Positions 27,183 through 37,134 of a stretch of DNA of 54,930 nt are shown piece by piece. Within the stretch, counting starts at the first letter, position 1. The number at the start of each line of letters is the position of its first letter. The stretch is from an uncultured Novosphingobium sp. (lineage in GTDB: Bacteria > Pseudomonadota > Alphaproteobacteria > Sphingomonadales > Sphingomonadaceae): the NCBI GenBank assembly GCA_964571305.1, contig CAZNBX010000001.1:18866-73795 (forward strand), given 5' to 3'. The translations under genes were made by a program, and so were the position numbers. The notes beneath the pieces were generated by a model that saw only the letters and a program-made list of their open reading frames with translations, searched no databases and was not told the origin of the DNA.

Positions 27183-29303
27183 GTGGCTGCCAATGCCTAT
27201 TCCCATCTGCTGGCTCCGGGCCGGATCGGATCGCTTGAGCTCCGCAATCGGATCTTGGTGACCGCGATGGGCGTGAGCCTGTCTGAAAGCGATGGCCATG
27301 TTGGCGAGCGGCTGATGGCCTATCACGAGGAACAGGCGAAGGGCGGGGCCGGGTTGATCATCACCGGTGTCGCCGGGGTTGCCTGGCCAGTCGGCGCGGT
27401 CCAGCCGAACCAGACCGCGATTTCGGACGATCGCTTCCTGCCTGGACTGAAGCAACTGACGGAACGGGTCCATCGCCATGGTGCCAAGATTGCGGTGCAA
27501 TTGCATCATGGCGGGCTGGTGGCTGGCTATTCATCCGATGCCTTTGACCAGGAACTGTGGGCGCCGTGCTATCCGCCGCAACTGTCAGGCGATTTCATCG
27601 ACTATTTCCTGCCAGAGGAAATGACCGGGTTCACCGGCAAGATGCCGCGGATCAAGGTACTTGAACCGGCGGATATCGATCTTGTCGTCGAGCAGTTCGG
27701 AGCAGCTGCGGCCCGGGCCAAAGCGGCAGGGTTCGACGGCATCGAACTGCATGGGGGCCATGGCTACCTGCTGTCTTCGTTCATGTCGCCCAAGACCAAC
27801 AGCCGTTCAGATGAATATGGCGGGCCGCTGGAAAACCGCGCGCGGTTGCTGCTGCGGGTCATCGCGGCGGTTCGCGCGGCGGTGGGACCTGATTTCCCGG
27901 TCTGGGTAAAACTCGACACGGTCGAACATGGTAAGGAGGGCGGGATTGAGCTCGCTCATGCGATCGAAGCGGCCAAACTGGTCGAGGCAGCGGGCGTCGA
28001 TGCGATAACCGCGACTTCCTATCACAACGCGATGATTGGCAAGCTGCATTCCGCTTCGAACATTCCGCATGAACCCGAAACGAACATTCCGGCTGCCGCA
28101 GCGATCAAGGCCGCTGTAGGCCTGCCGGTTATCGCCTCAGGCCGCGTCGAGCCCGAGGCGGCCAACGCGCAGATTGCTGCGGGTCAGTATGATTTCATGG
28201 CGATGGGCCGCAAATTGCTGGCCGATCCGGCACTGCCAGCCAAGCTTGGCGGCAATGCACCGGAATCGGTCCGGCCATGCATCTATTGCTACACCTGCGT
28301 ATCAACTGCCTATGTCCGGGCTCCGCTGCGCTGTGCGGTCAATCCAGACACCGGGTTTGAGTGCGAGCGCGTCGAAGCCCAGGTCAGCGGCAAGCATTAC
28401 GTTGTCATCGGCGCGGGCCCTGGCGGCATGGAAGCCGCGCTGCGGCTGAACGAGGCGGGCAACCGGGTAACCTTGCTGGAACGCGGCGACCGGCTTGGCG
28501 GCACCTTGCGCATCGCGGCCCTGGCCTATCCCGCGAATGAGCGCCTGCTTGACTGGCACAGCCGCGAACTCGGCCGCTCCTCTGTCGACGTGCGCCTCAA
28601 TACCGAGGCAACGCCGGAACTCCTGCGCGAACTGGCGCCCGATGCCGTGGTGGTGGCCACCGGCGCCCGGCGGGACATGCCTGAGCTTCCCGGCAACGAC
28701 CTGCCGCACGTTTTCAGTGGCGATGACATGCGCAAGCTGCTGCTTGGCGAAAGCTCGACCGAACTGAAGCGCAAGACCGGCCTGATGACCCGCATCGCGA
28801 CGCGGGTCGGGGCGGCGACCGGGATGACCGCCAACCTGGATTTCGTCCGCACCGCGACCCGGACCTGGATGCCGCTGGGGCAGAACGTGGTGATTATCGG
28901 GGGCGAGCTGGTCGGGATCGAGCTGGCCGAATTCCTGCACGAACGCGGCCGCACTGTCACCGTGATCGAGCCGGCTCCGCGCCTGGGCAAGGGATTGCTG
29001 CTGGTCCGCCGGATGCGCATCCTGTCCGAGCTCAAGGAGCACGGCGTCGCGCTTTATGGCGGGGTCAGCGCTATCTCCATTGGCAAGGATGCGGTGCAGT
29101 TCGCGGATGCGCAGGGAACTGTGCAGAACATTGCAGCGGACCACGTGATTGTCGCGATGGGGGCCAGTGGCGACACGGCCCTGGCCGACCGGTTACGTGC
29201 CGAGGGTTACCGGGTCGAAACGGTCGGAGACTGCAACGGCGTGGGCTACATCGAAGGTGCGGTCCGGGGCGGCGCTGATGCGGCGCGGCGCTTGCTGGCT
29301 TGA
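27183..29303 (+). CDS. Multidomain OYE flavoenzyme (2,4-dienoyl-CoA reductase/BaiCD-like)
   Basis: FDGIELHGGHGYL, CIYCYTC...C Fe-S motif, VIGAGPGG, IIGGELVG. Confidence 0.88.
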   Translation: MAANAYSHLLAPGRIGSLELRNRILVTAMGVSLSESDGHVGERLMAYHEEQAKGGAGLIITGVAGVAWPVGAVQPNQTAISDDRFLPGLKQLTERVHRHGAKIAVQLHHGGLVAGYSSDAFDQELWAPCYPPQLSGDFIDYFLPEEMTGFTGKMPRIKVLEPADIDLVVEQFGAAAARAKAAGFDGIELHGGHGYLLSSFMSPKTNSRSDEYGGPLENRARLLLRVIAAVRAAVGPDFPVWVKLDTVEHGKEGGIELAHAIEAAKLVEAAGVDAITATSYHNAMIGKLHSASNIPHEPETNIPAAAAIKAAVGLPVIASGRVEPEAANAQIAAGQYDFMAMGRKLLADPALPAKLGGNAPESVRPCIYCYTCVSTAYVRAPLRCAVNPDTGFECERVEAQVSGKHYVVIGAGPGGMEAALRLNEAGNRVTLLERGDRLGGTLRIAALAYPANERLLDWHSRELGRSSVDVRLNTEATPELLRELAPDAVVVATGARRDMPELPGNDLPHVFSGDDMRKLLLGESSTELKRKTGLMTRIATRVGAATGMTANLDFVRTATRTWMPLGQNVVIIGGELVGIELAEFLHERGRTVTVIEPAPRLGKGLLLVRRMRILSELKEHGVALYGGVSAISIGKDAVQFADAQGTVQNIAADHVIVAMGASGDTALADRLRAEGYRVETVGDCNGVGYIEGAVRGGADAARRLLA

Positions 29304-29368
29304 AGAAATCGACTTCCTGACAAGCAAGCGCGGATCGCCGGCGGGACACCTGCCGAAGCGGGTCTGCT

Positions 29369-30199
29369 TTAATCGCCCAGCCAATTCCCGGTGATCGTGC
29401 CGCTATGCCCTTCCGGGGCCAGCGCGGCGCGCAGGGCTTCCAGCAGGGGGGGCAGGGCCTGGGTGAAGGCATAGGGCGGGTTGATGATGAAAAGGCCAGC
29501 ACCGTTATAAATCCCGGGCTGATCCTGATCGTACAGCCAATGCTCCACCGATAGAAATTTCGGAATGCCGAGCTTGCGCAGTTCGTCCTTCCACCGCGAA
29601 TGCGTGGCGCGGTCTTTCAACGGATACCAGATCACGGTCACGCCGTGTGCCCATTTGCGGTGAGCGGCGGCAAGCGTGGTCGTGATGCGGGCGCGTTCGT
29701 CCGTCTGCTCGTACGGCGGGTCGACCACCACCACGCCGCGCGGGGTGCGGGGCGGCAACATCGCGAGCCACAACTCGTAGGCATCGCGTTCGTGCACTGC
29801 AGCGACCGTGCCGCGCATCACGCCGCGCAGGGCATGGGCGTCCTCGGGGTGCTTTTCGTTGAGGATCAGAAAGTCCTGCGGGCGCAGAAGCTGCGCCAGA
29901 ATTCGCGGCGAGCCGGGGTAGAGGCGCGGCTCGCTCCCGTCATTCACCGCTTGGACCGCGGCGCGATAGTCGTTCAGCAAGGGGTTCGTATCGGCAAAGG
30001 CGCGCAGCACACCCTGCGCCGCTTCGCCGGTGCGCTGCGCCTGTTCGCCGCCCAGGTCGTAGAGCCCGCAGCCGGCATGGGTGTCGATCAGGGTGAGCGC
30101 GCTCTCCTTGATCTGCAAGGCCCGGACAAGGGCGATGAGCAGGCTGTGCTTCACGACATCGGCGCTATTGCCCGCATGGAAGGAATGGCGATAATTCAT
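29369..30199 (-). CDS. rlmJ: 23S rRNA (adenine2030-N6)-methyltransferase
   Basis: MNYRHSFHAGN.ADVVKH, DTHAGCGLYDL, YPGSP, DPPYE, IWYP. Confidence 0.95.
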   Translation of the reverse strand: MNYRHSFHAGNSADVVKHSLLIALVRALQIKESALTLIDTHAGCGLYDLGGEQAQRTGEAAQGVLRAFADTNPLLNDYRAAVQAVNDGSEPRLYPGSPRILAQLLRPQDFLILNEKHPEDAHALRGVMRGTVAAVHERDAYELWLAMLPPRTPRGVVVVDPPYEQTDERARITTTLAAAHRKWAHGVTVIWYPLKDRATHSRWKDELRKLGIPKFLSVEHWLYDQDQPGIYNGAGLFIINPPYAFTQALPPLLEALRAALAPEGHSGTITGNWLGD

Positions 30200-30341
30200 T
30201 GCGATCCGGATTCCTGACTACCTGCCTCTATGCCATCCACCGGGCAGGCAAGGGGGGTGAGGCGATTGAAGCAACTGGTCCGGCGCTCGTACAGGGTCAA
30301 ACGGAAGCCTTCAAAGCACTTCTGCACGAGGTGGCCTGGGT

Positions 30342-30370
30342 AAAAAAAGGGCCTCTCGAAAGAGGCCCTT
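30342..30370 (-). terminator. Intrinsic terminator of the T1SS operon
   Basis: AAGGGCCTCT-TTCG-AGAGGCCCTT followed by a T-run on the minus strand. Confidence 0.88.
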
Positions 30371-30406
30371 CAATTCGCGCAAGTGCGTCGGCGGTGGTTC
30401 GCTTTC

Positions 30407-31564
30407 TCACCGCTCTTTCATGGCATCGCCGAACGTCTTGGTGATCGGCTTTGATAGATAGTGGAAGACGGTGTTCTTGCCGGTCTGGATTTCGACGGTG
30501 GCCGTCATGCCGGGTTGAATCTCGATCTTCTCGCCCTGCCGGTGCGGCTTCATCGAACTGGTGTCGACCGATGTGTGGACGCGATAGAACACCGTATCGC
30601 CCGATGCCTTGCTTTCAGCAATCGTATCGGGGCTGACGTAGATCACCTTGCCATTGGCACCGCCATAGATGGAGCTGTCATAGGCGTCGAACTTGACCGA
30701 AGCGGTTTGGCCAACGCGAACGTAGGCGATGTCGGAGGGCGAGACGCGCGCCTCGACAATCAGGGTTTCACCGGTCGGGACGATGCTCAGCACTTCGTCA
30801 CCGGGGCGCAGGACGCCGCCGATGGTGGTCAGGCGGATATTCTTGACGATCCCGTCGGTTGGTGCACGGATTTCCGTATCCTTGAGCATGTCGCTGCGCT
30901 GGGCAAGGATCTCGCGCGCTGCAACCAGGTCTTCCTCGGTCTTGGTGTATTCGGCCTGAAGGTCCTGAAGGTACTTGTTGCGGACGTTGACGATCTGCGC
31001 CTTCAGGTCTGAAACGCTGCGCTCCATGCGCAGGACGTCGGCCCGGGCGACGTCGCCGGTCGCCACCAGGGGCCGGTTGAGGTTCAGTTCCTGCTGAGCC
31101 AGGCTGAGCATCCCCTCAAGTGAATTCAAGGTATCCTGCACCGCCTGGCGGCGCTTTTGATAAAGCATCGTCTGGTTGGCGACAAAATCTGGAAATGCCT
31201 GCACTTCGGGCGGAAAGGTCAGCGGACGGTCAAACAGTTCCGCGTTGATGCGCGCCATGCTGGACATAAGCGACGCGACCTTGCCCTGGCTTTCGCCAAC
31301 CGCCGCCTTGATCTTGACCTGGTCTAGAGCGACCAGCAGCTGGCCTTTCTTCACGTGGTCGCCCTCGCGCACCTTGATGTCCGCGATCACGCCGCCATCC
31401 GAGCTCTGGATGAGCTGCACGCGGCCGGTTGGAATTACCTGCCCGGGGGCGCGGCTGACCTGCTCCAGTTCGGCCCAGAATGACCACGCGATCAGCGCTG
31501 CAAGGAACACCGAGATGGACACGACGGTCCACTGGTTCAGATTGAATTTGGAATGACGACGCAT
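30407..31564 (-). CDS. T1SS membrane fusion protein (HlyD/LapC-like)
   Basis: Single TM segment, APGQVIP, VREGDHVKKGQ, IRAPTDGIV, IQPGM; start ATG 31564. Confidence 0.92.
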   Translation of the reverse strand: MRRHSKFNLNQWTVVSISVFLAALIAWSFWAELEQVSRAPGQVIPTGRVQLIQSSDGGVIADIKVREGDHVKKGQLLVALDQVKIKAAVGESQGKVASLMSSMARINAELFDRPLTFPPEVQAFPDFVANQTMLYQKRRQAVQDTLNSLEGMLSLAQQELNLNRPLVATGDVARADVLRMERSVSDLKAQIVNVRNKYLQDLQAEYTKTEEDLVAAREILAQRSDMLKDTEIRAPTDGIVKNIRLTTIGGVLRPGDEVLSIVPTGETLIVEARVSPSDIAYVRVGQTASVKFDAYDSSIYGGANGKVIYVSPDTIAESKASGDTVFYRVHTSVDTSSMKPHRQGEKIEIQPGMTATVEIQTGKNTVFHYLSKPITKTFGDAMKER

Positions 31565-31574
31565 GCTGGGTCTC

Positions 31575-33707
31575 TCAGGCTTCTGCGGCAGCTGTGGGCG
31601 CTGCTGGAGGTTGTTCGCCGGCGGGCTGTGGTGCGGGTGTGGCCGGTTGGGCACTTTGCGCCGGCTGCTGGGTCAAACGGGCGAGGACTTCGCCAGTGGG
31701 ACCATCCAGGACAATCCGGCCATTGGCCATGAGGATAACGCGCTGGACCAGGTTGAGCAGCTGAAGCTTGTGGGTGACGAGGACAAGGGTGTCTTCGGCA
31801 CGGAGCTTTGCTTGCAGCGCTTGGAGAACCTTGGCCTCACTCTGGACGTCCAGATTGGAAGTGGGTTCGTCCAGCAAGAGCAAGGTCGGATCGTAGAGTT
31901 GCAGGCGGGTGAGGCCGGCAATCGTGCGCTGGCCGCCGGACAGGCCCCTGCCACCTTCGCTGATCGGCAGGTCGACCCCCATCGGGTGCGCCGCGATCAG
32001 GGCATCAAGACCGGTCCGAGCGGCCGCCTCCATCAGCTTGTCGTCGCCCGGATCGTCGAGACCCAGGAGCAAATTGTCGCGCAGCGTGCCGTTTATAAGC
32101 CGGAAGTCTTGCGGGAGATAGCCGACATGGCGGCGCAGGACATCTTCAGCGACGGTCCCGGCGTCGAGCCCATCGACCATGACGCGGCCATCAGCCGGGG
32201 CATAAAGACCGCTCATCAGGCGCAGCAAAGTCGACTTGCCCGAGCCGATACCACCGATGATACCAACCCGTTCACCGGGACGGATATCCAGTTGCGGCAC
32301 TTCCAGGCCAACGCGTGCGCCAGGGTGGGTGAAGGTTACGCCGCGCAGGCTGATCGCACCTTTCAGGCGGCTGGGGCGAAGCACGTCATTACCAAGCGAC
32401 TTGTCGGTCGGCAGCTTCATGATCCCGTCGAGCATTTCCAGCGAAATGCGGGTGTAGGCCCAGTTGATCACCATGCCCGGCAGTTGTCCGATAAGCGGTC
32501 CGTTGATCCGTCCCGACAGGATCGAACAGGCGATCAGCGCACCCATCGTCATATTCTTGTCGAACACTTCGACCGCGCCCCAGGCAATCGTACCGACGTA
32601 TGCCAGCTGCTGGATCGTGCCGAAGATAGATGACGAGATCGACTGCAGGTCCTTCACCGGCAATTCGTGCTTGTGCAGGTCTTCGATGAGGGCGTTCCAG
32701 CGCGCCAGCAGCAACCAGCCGCCGCGGTTGGCCTTGACTGTCTCGGCCGCGTCGAGGGCCTCAACCAGCATGCCGTTCTTCTTGTTGCCGCTGATCTGGA
32801 CCTTCTTGGTATCTTCGCGGATCAGCTTGCCCAGCAGCATGGCAAGTCCAAGCGAAAGCGGGAAGCTGACCACCATGACCAGGGCGATGACGCCGCCAAG
32901 CTGGAACACGATGAAGATGAAGAACAGGGCGAAGGGAAGGTCGGTCAGCGCAAAGATGGTTGCCGATGACATGGTCGACCGAATCTGCTCCATGCCCCGC
33001 AACTGGGCGGCCATGGTCCCGATCGAGGGGGGGCGGGCATCGAGACGCACATCGTTGGCGCGGGCGAAGAAGAATTCGGACACTTCGCTGTCGATATGGG
33101 CCGCTTCTTCTTCCAGAAGACGCGCGCGCACCACGCGCAGGATGAAGTCGAAGATCAGGGCAACAACCACGCCCGTACCAAGCGCCCAGAGCGTCGAGAA
33201 CGAGCCGCGCGGAATCACGCGGTCATAAACCTGCATCGAGAAAATCGATGTTCCCAGCGCGATCAGGTTGACCGTGATCGTGGCGAGGATCGCCAGGAAC
33301 AGCGATCTTTTGCGGCGAGCGATCCCGTCGATGAATACGTCTATCGCCCGCTCATAGCCCTTCTGTCCCGGCGCTTCCGGCAGGGCCAGATCAAACATGA
33401 TCAGCTGTCCATCGATCGTCCAGCGATGCCGGGTGCCGTTCTGCAGCACCACGATCCGGGTCTGATCCTCGAACCGTTCCGCCACGCCCCAGCCCAATTC
33501 GGGATGATAAGCGAGCAAAGGGTATTCGTGGGCCTTCGGGGCTTGGGCGAATGACACCGGTTCAGGCCAGCCCAAGGCCTCCGCGACATGGGCAAGTGCC
33601 GCCTGGTCCTCTGTCTCTCCCGAGTAGGAGTCTGACCAGCCGGGACGAAGCTGGATCCGGCGCAGCTTTGCGAGATCCGCGATTGAGCTAATGATTGAGC
33701 TGGTCAT
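31575..33707 (-). CDS. T1SS ABC transporter (LapB/HlyB-like) with degenerate N-terminal C39-like region
   Basis: MQVYDRVIP, GGIGSGKST, LSGGQ, LLLDEPT, VTH. Confidence 0.92.
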   Translation of the reverse strand: MTSSIISSIADLAKLRRIQLRPGWSDSYSGETEDQAALAHVAEALGWPEPVSFAQAPKAHEYPLLAYHPELGWGVAERFEDQTRIVVLQNGTRHRWTIDGQLIMFDLALPEAPGQKGYERAIDVFIDGIARRKRSLFLAILATITVNLIALGTSIFSMQVYDRVIPRGSFSTLWALGTGVVVALIFDFILRVVRARLLEEEAAHIDSEVSEFFFARANDVRLDARPPSIGTMAAQLRGMEQIRSTMSSATIFALTDLPFALFFIFIVFQLGGVIALVMVVSFPLSLGLAMLLGKLIREDTKKVQISGNKKNGMLVEALDAAETVKANRGGWLLLARWNALIEDLHKHELPVKDLQSISSSIFGTIQQLAYVGTIAWGAVEVFDKNMTMGALIACSILSGRINGPLIGQLPGMVINWAYTRISLEMLDGIMKLPTDKSLGNDVLRPSRLKGAISLRGVTFTHPGARVGLEVPQLDIRPGERVGIIGGIGSGKSTLLRLMSGLYAPADGRVMVDGLDAGTVAEDVLRRHVGYLPQDFRLINGTLRDNLLLGLDDPGDDKLMEAAARTGLDALIAAHPMGVDLPISEGGRGLSGGQRTIAGLTRLQLYDPTLLLLDEPTSNLDVQSEAKVLQALQAKLRAEDTLVLVTHKLQLLNLVQRVILMANGRIVLDGPTGEVLARLTQQPAQSAQPATPAPQPAGEQPPAAPTAAAEA

Positions 33708-33708
33708 G

Positions 33709-35151
33709 TCAGTCTTTCGAGGGAGTGCTGATGGGCTGCCAGCGGCCGCTTCGCAGTTGCAGGCGAACCGAAGTCGACATCGCGGTCACTTCGGCCTGGG
33801 TCTGGCCGGATTGGGCGGTGAGGCTTTCACGGAGCGAATTCATCACGTCCAGCCATGAGCGTCGGCCTGCGATGAACTGGCGCATATAGCTCTGGCTGAC
33901 GCGCTGCGCGCTGACCGCCGCTTCGCGGGCGGCAAGGGCACGGCGTATTGCGGCATCAAAGCTTTGCACCTCGTTCGCTACTTCCTGGCGGAGTTGGCGC
34001 TCTGCCAGCCGGACCTGATCCAGGCTTTGTTCGTAGCGTGCGGTTGCGCTTGTAATGGCAGAAAGCTGCGAAAGGCCGCTGTTGGCCTGCATCCGTAGTC
34101 CGATCCCGTACCGGCTGCCGGTTATTTCGTTATACGAATACTGCGCCGAGACCTTGGGTAGCATGCTGGCCTTGGCAATGCTGATTTCCGAACGCGCCGC
34201 GTCTGCTTCGAGAATGAGGCGTGCTCGGCCGGGATTGTACTCCACCACTTCGTTCGCGGCGCCGTTCCAGTCATTCGGCATCAGCGACGCGTCAAATTGC
34301 GGTTCATTGCCAAGGTCGTAACTGGTATCGCGAACCAGTTCGGCGAGGCTGCGCATCGCGGAAAGGCGTTGCGCCTGGATCGACGCCAGTTCCTGGTCGA
34401 TCTGCGCAGTCCGGGACTTGGCAAGTTCGAGATCGGCGCGCGGGCTGACTTCCTGGTCAACGCGCCGTTGCATCGAGGCAACCAGCTTCTGGTGTTCTTC
34501 CAGATTGCTCCGATAGAGTTGCTCGAGACGGGTGTAGAGGACGATGTTCCAATAGGTCTGGGCCGTGTCCAGCGCGAGGTTCAGCACGGTTTCGTGCCAG
34601 CGCGCGACCGAGGCTGCTTCGACTTTCTTGGCTCTGGAGATGGTCGATGAAATCTGCCCGCCGGTCCAGAGCGGAACTTCAACCGTGACCGATGGTGCAA
34701 CGCGGTTGGTGCCGTTGATGACATCAAGGTTCGTCGCCAGTGACGGATAGCGCAGCCACTTCGCCCCACGAGCATCCGACAGCGCTGCCCGCGCACCAAG
34801 CCAGGCTGATTGGGCGGCCGGATCGCGCTTGGTGACGATTGCGATGGCATTTGCGAGGGCGGGCGGAACCTCACGCGGAGCATCGGTCCATTCAAAAGAA
34901 GGGGTCGTTTGCTCTGACGACGGCAGCATCACATCGTAGCTTGCGGCTCTGCCCGACTTCCCCGGCGTGGCAGCATTGGCACTGGCGCTATCGGCGGCCG
35001 ATTCGTCTGCGTCGATAGAGGCAGCGAATTCTGCTCGCGGTTGGGGCAGGGCGCCATGCGCCACTTGCGGCCACATCACTGCAAAGGCGAGTGTTGTCGC
35101 AACCCGAAAAGGCTTCGTCGGCAAGGGATTCTCCGAATGCATTGGGCTCAC
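33709..35151 (-). CDS. TolC/LapE-like outer membrane protein
   Basis: Signal peptide; PLWTGG and RQFIAGRRSWLDVMN motifs. Confidence 0.9.
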   Translation of the reverse strand: MSPMHSENPLPTKPFRVATTLAFAVMWPQVAHGALPQPRAEFAASIDADESAADSASANAATPGKSGRAASYDVMLPSSEQTTPSFEWTDAPREVPPALANAIAIVTKRDPAAQSAWLGARAALSDARGAKWLRYPSLATNLDVINGTNRVAPSVTVEVPLWTGGQISSTISRAKKVEAASVARWHETVLNLALDTAQTYWNIVLYTRLEQLYRSNLEEHQKLVASMQRRVDQEVSPRADLELAKSRTAQIDQELASIQAQRLSAMRSLAELVRDTSYDLGNEPQFDASLMPNDWNGAANEVVEYNPGRARLILEADAARSEISIAKASMLPKVSAQYSYNEITGSRYGIGLRMQANSGLSQLSAITSATARYEQSLDQVRLAERQLRQEVANEVQSFDAAIRRALAAREAAVSAQRVSQSYMRQFIAGRRSWLDVMNSLRESLTAQSGQTQAEVTAMSTSVRLQLRSGRWQPISTPSKD

Positions 35152-35265
35152 GTTGTTGAGACGAAGCTGCAGATTGGGATGGCGAAGTTGTCAGCCTCGG
35201 ACCGGGCGGATGCCGGGCGGTGCGATAAATCTGCGGGCTTGCAGATTATCAGGCGATCCTTGGTT

Positions 35266-35607
35266 TCAGGGCGCTTCGGCCAGCGATTTTATCTGGGGAC
35301 CGTTTTCGCGGCGCGGAGCAACCGCGTTGAACGGGGTGCGTGTGTCCAGAATCTGGCGAACGTGGTCCGTCAGGTCATAAAGAGTGACCCTGGCATCGCT
35401 CCGCGATTTGGTTCCGACGATGATTCCCCGTTCAACCAGACGGCGCTTCACGTTGTGAAAACCGGCTGGAGAGGTGCGCAATGCGCCTTGCAGGTGGTGG
35501 CTGGGGGTCGGACCATGCTCGTACAAAAACGCGCAGGCCTGAAGTTCAGGGGTGACAAGAGGGATGCCGATGACGCTTTCCAATGCAACAATTTGATCCA
35601 GTGCCAC
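35266..35607 (-). CDS. Small MarR-like winged-helix protein
   Basis: GTG start 35607 after GGAGGGG; SPAGFHNVKRRLVERGII...DARVTLYDL wing motif. Confidence 0.65.
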   Translation of the reverse strand: MALDQIVALESVIGIPLVTPELQACAFLYEHGPTPSHHLQGALRTSPAGFHNVKRRLVERGIIVGTKSRSDARVTLYDLTDHVRQILDTRTPFNAVAPRRENGPQIKSLAEAP

Positions 35608-35639
35608 CTGTTCCCCTCCAAGCGGAAATCGAATGGGCG

Positions 35640-35800
35640 ATGTATTGAGTACAAAACTTATAATTACAAATGAAATAGGGTCAAATCTGCATAAACAAAT
35701 ATTAAAAACAATTATAGATATGTGTAAATACATATCAAAATGGACGTATATAGTTCGTGTGCGTGGGGGCTTATGTCCGATCTATAATCTTTTAGTTGGC
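35640..35800. promoter_or_regulatory. AT-rich divergent control region (T1SS side versus pilus side)
   Basis: Abrupt low-GC stretch in a high-GC background. Confidence 0.5.
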
Positions 35801-36253
35801 AAATTGAGCGGTTGAATCGTTTGTCGCGTTTGAGCCCTGCTGTGCATTCTGATTGGGCGGTCTCCGCTGATCAAGGCTGGGGCGCTTCTTGGTTTTACGC
35901 GTCCGCAACTGGAGGCAGGGCGCTTTCATCGCCGGTCCTGCCGTGCACCACTCCGGAAAAGCCTCTTCCCCTTTTATTATCATCTGTTAAGATGAAGGCG
36001 TCATTAGGCATAGTATCCAGAGCATGGATCTGCCGCTGACACGGTTGGTCGCACTTCCGTTTACAATCTGGTCTTGCGCGGCATTCGGCATGAGCCTGCC
36101 CGGCAAAACCTAGAGCTTTGACGGCCCGACCTTTGCCGAGCATGGCGAGGGCGGGTCACTCTGCGATTGCAGCTCCCCAGCCTCTCGCTGGCTGTCAAAA
36201 CCCCAACGTTAATCTTTCAGAAAGAAAGTGTCTCGCACTGGGACGCGGATAAC

Positions 36254-36266
36254 TAACAATTTGATA
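36254..36266. promoter_or_regulatory. IHF-consensus site upstream of pilin A
   Basis: TAACAATTTGATA matches YAANNNNTTGATW. Confidence 0.5.
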
Positions 36267-36409
36267 ACTAATCGGTTTTGGCTAATTGCGGTTTCGGGTC
36301 GAGGCTTGGCCCGGACACTTAACAATGTCGGTTACGATCGGGTCGCCCTCTGAGGAGGTCGGTATTTATTCCGAAGCTGATCGTGCCGGCATCGAATGGG
36401 ATGAATACA

Positions 36410-36883
36410 ATGATCAAGAACGTTTCGAAGGTCGCCATCGTTGCTGCTGCTCTCGTTGCCCTGCCGGGCATGGCTCAGGCTGGCACCGCCACTGCCACCG
36501 GCACTGCCACGCTGACCGTGATCAACCAGTGCACCGTCACCGGCGCCACCGTGAACCTCGGTTCGTACACCACCAGCAACACCTGGGCCAACGTCGGTAC
36601 CGCTCTCGGCAGCTTCAACGGTGCGAACTACACCGTCGGTTCGCTGGGTCAGGAATACCTGAACTTCGGTTCGGTCACCTGCGACAGCGGTGCGCCCTAT
36701 ACCCTGACGATCAAGGGCACGGCCACTGGCGTTGCCGGGGCGATCAAGATCACCCAGGGCGGCAAGGTCGCCACCTTCCTTCCGGCGATCAAGCGGGTTG
36801 GCGGCAATGCCATTGCTGACAGCAATGCAACCTACGCCGGCACCGGTGCGCAGGTTTACACCAGCCCTGTCGCCAGCACGGGT
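36410..36883 (+). pseudogene. Csu/SCPU-like pilin A, lacking its C-terminal strands
   Basis: Signal peptide AQA|GTATATGTATLTVINQC; homologous to 38738-39346 up to SPVASTG, then runs out of homology to a stop at 36904. Confidence 0.8.
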
Positions 36884-37100
36884 AGGCGCGACAACTCTGG
36901 CTGACTCTCAGGGGGGATTTCCCGTTGGGGTCTGGGCTTGGCTCTTTTCAGGAATTTCCGCGACGGGCACGGGCGCACCCCAAGCCCTCATCGGCAACTC
37001 GCTGTTGAATATCGTAAGCAGCCCTGGGACACTCGCTACCGACAAACTCGGCACAGCGGGCAACTTTTCCGACACGCTGACCTACACCCTGCATTTCTAA
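36879..37100 (+). pseudogene. C-terminal third of a different pilin (pilin B)
   Basis: RVGATTLADS...TGTGAPQALIG...FSDTLTYTLHF in another frame; repeats a segment already encoded by pilin A. Confidence 0.75.
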
Positions 37101-37108
37101 GCCGGAGC

Positions 37109-37134
37109 GGAGGTGCCTTGTGCAAGGCACCTCC
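37109..37134 (+). terminator. Hairpin after pilin B
   Basis: GGAGGTGCCTTG-TG-CAAGGCACCTCC. Confidence 0.7.

Noticed and set aside
29303-30407. Mobile-element boundary around rlmJ between the catabolic and adhesion blocks
   Set aside because: No integrase, transposase, tRNA or flanking direct repeats were seen
36732-37100. ORF 36732-37100 as an independent 122-aa gene or programmed frameshift product
   Set aside because: Only the part after 36879 is pilin-like and it duplicates a segment already in pilin A; no slippery sequence at the junction
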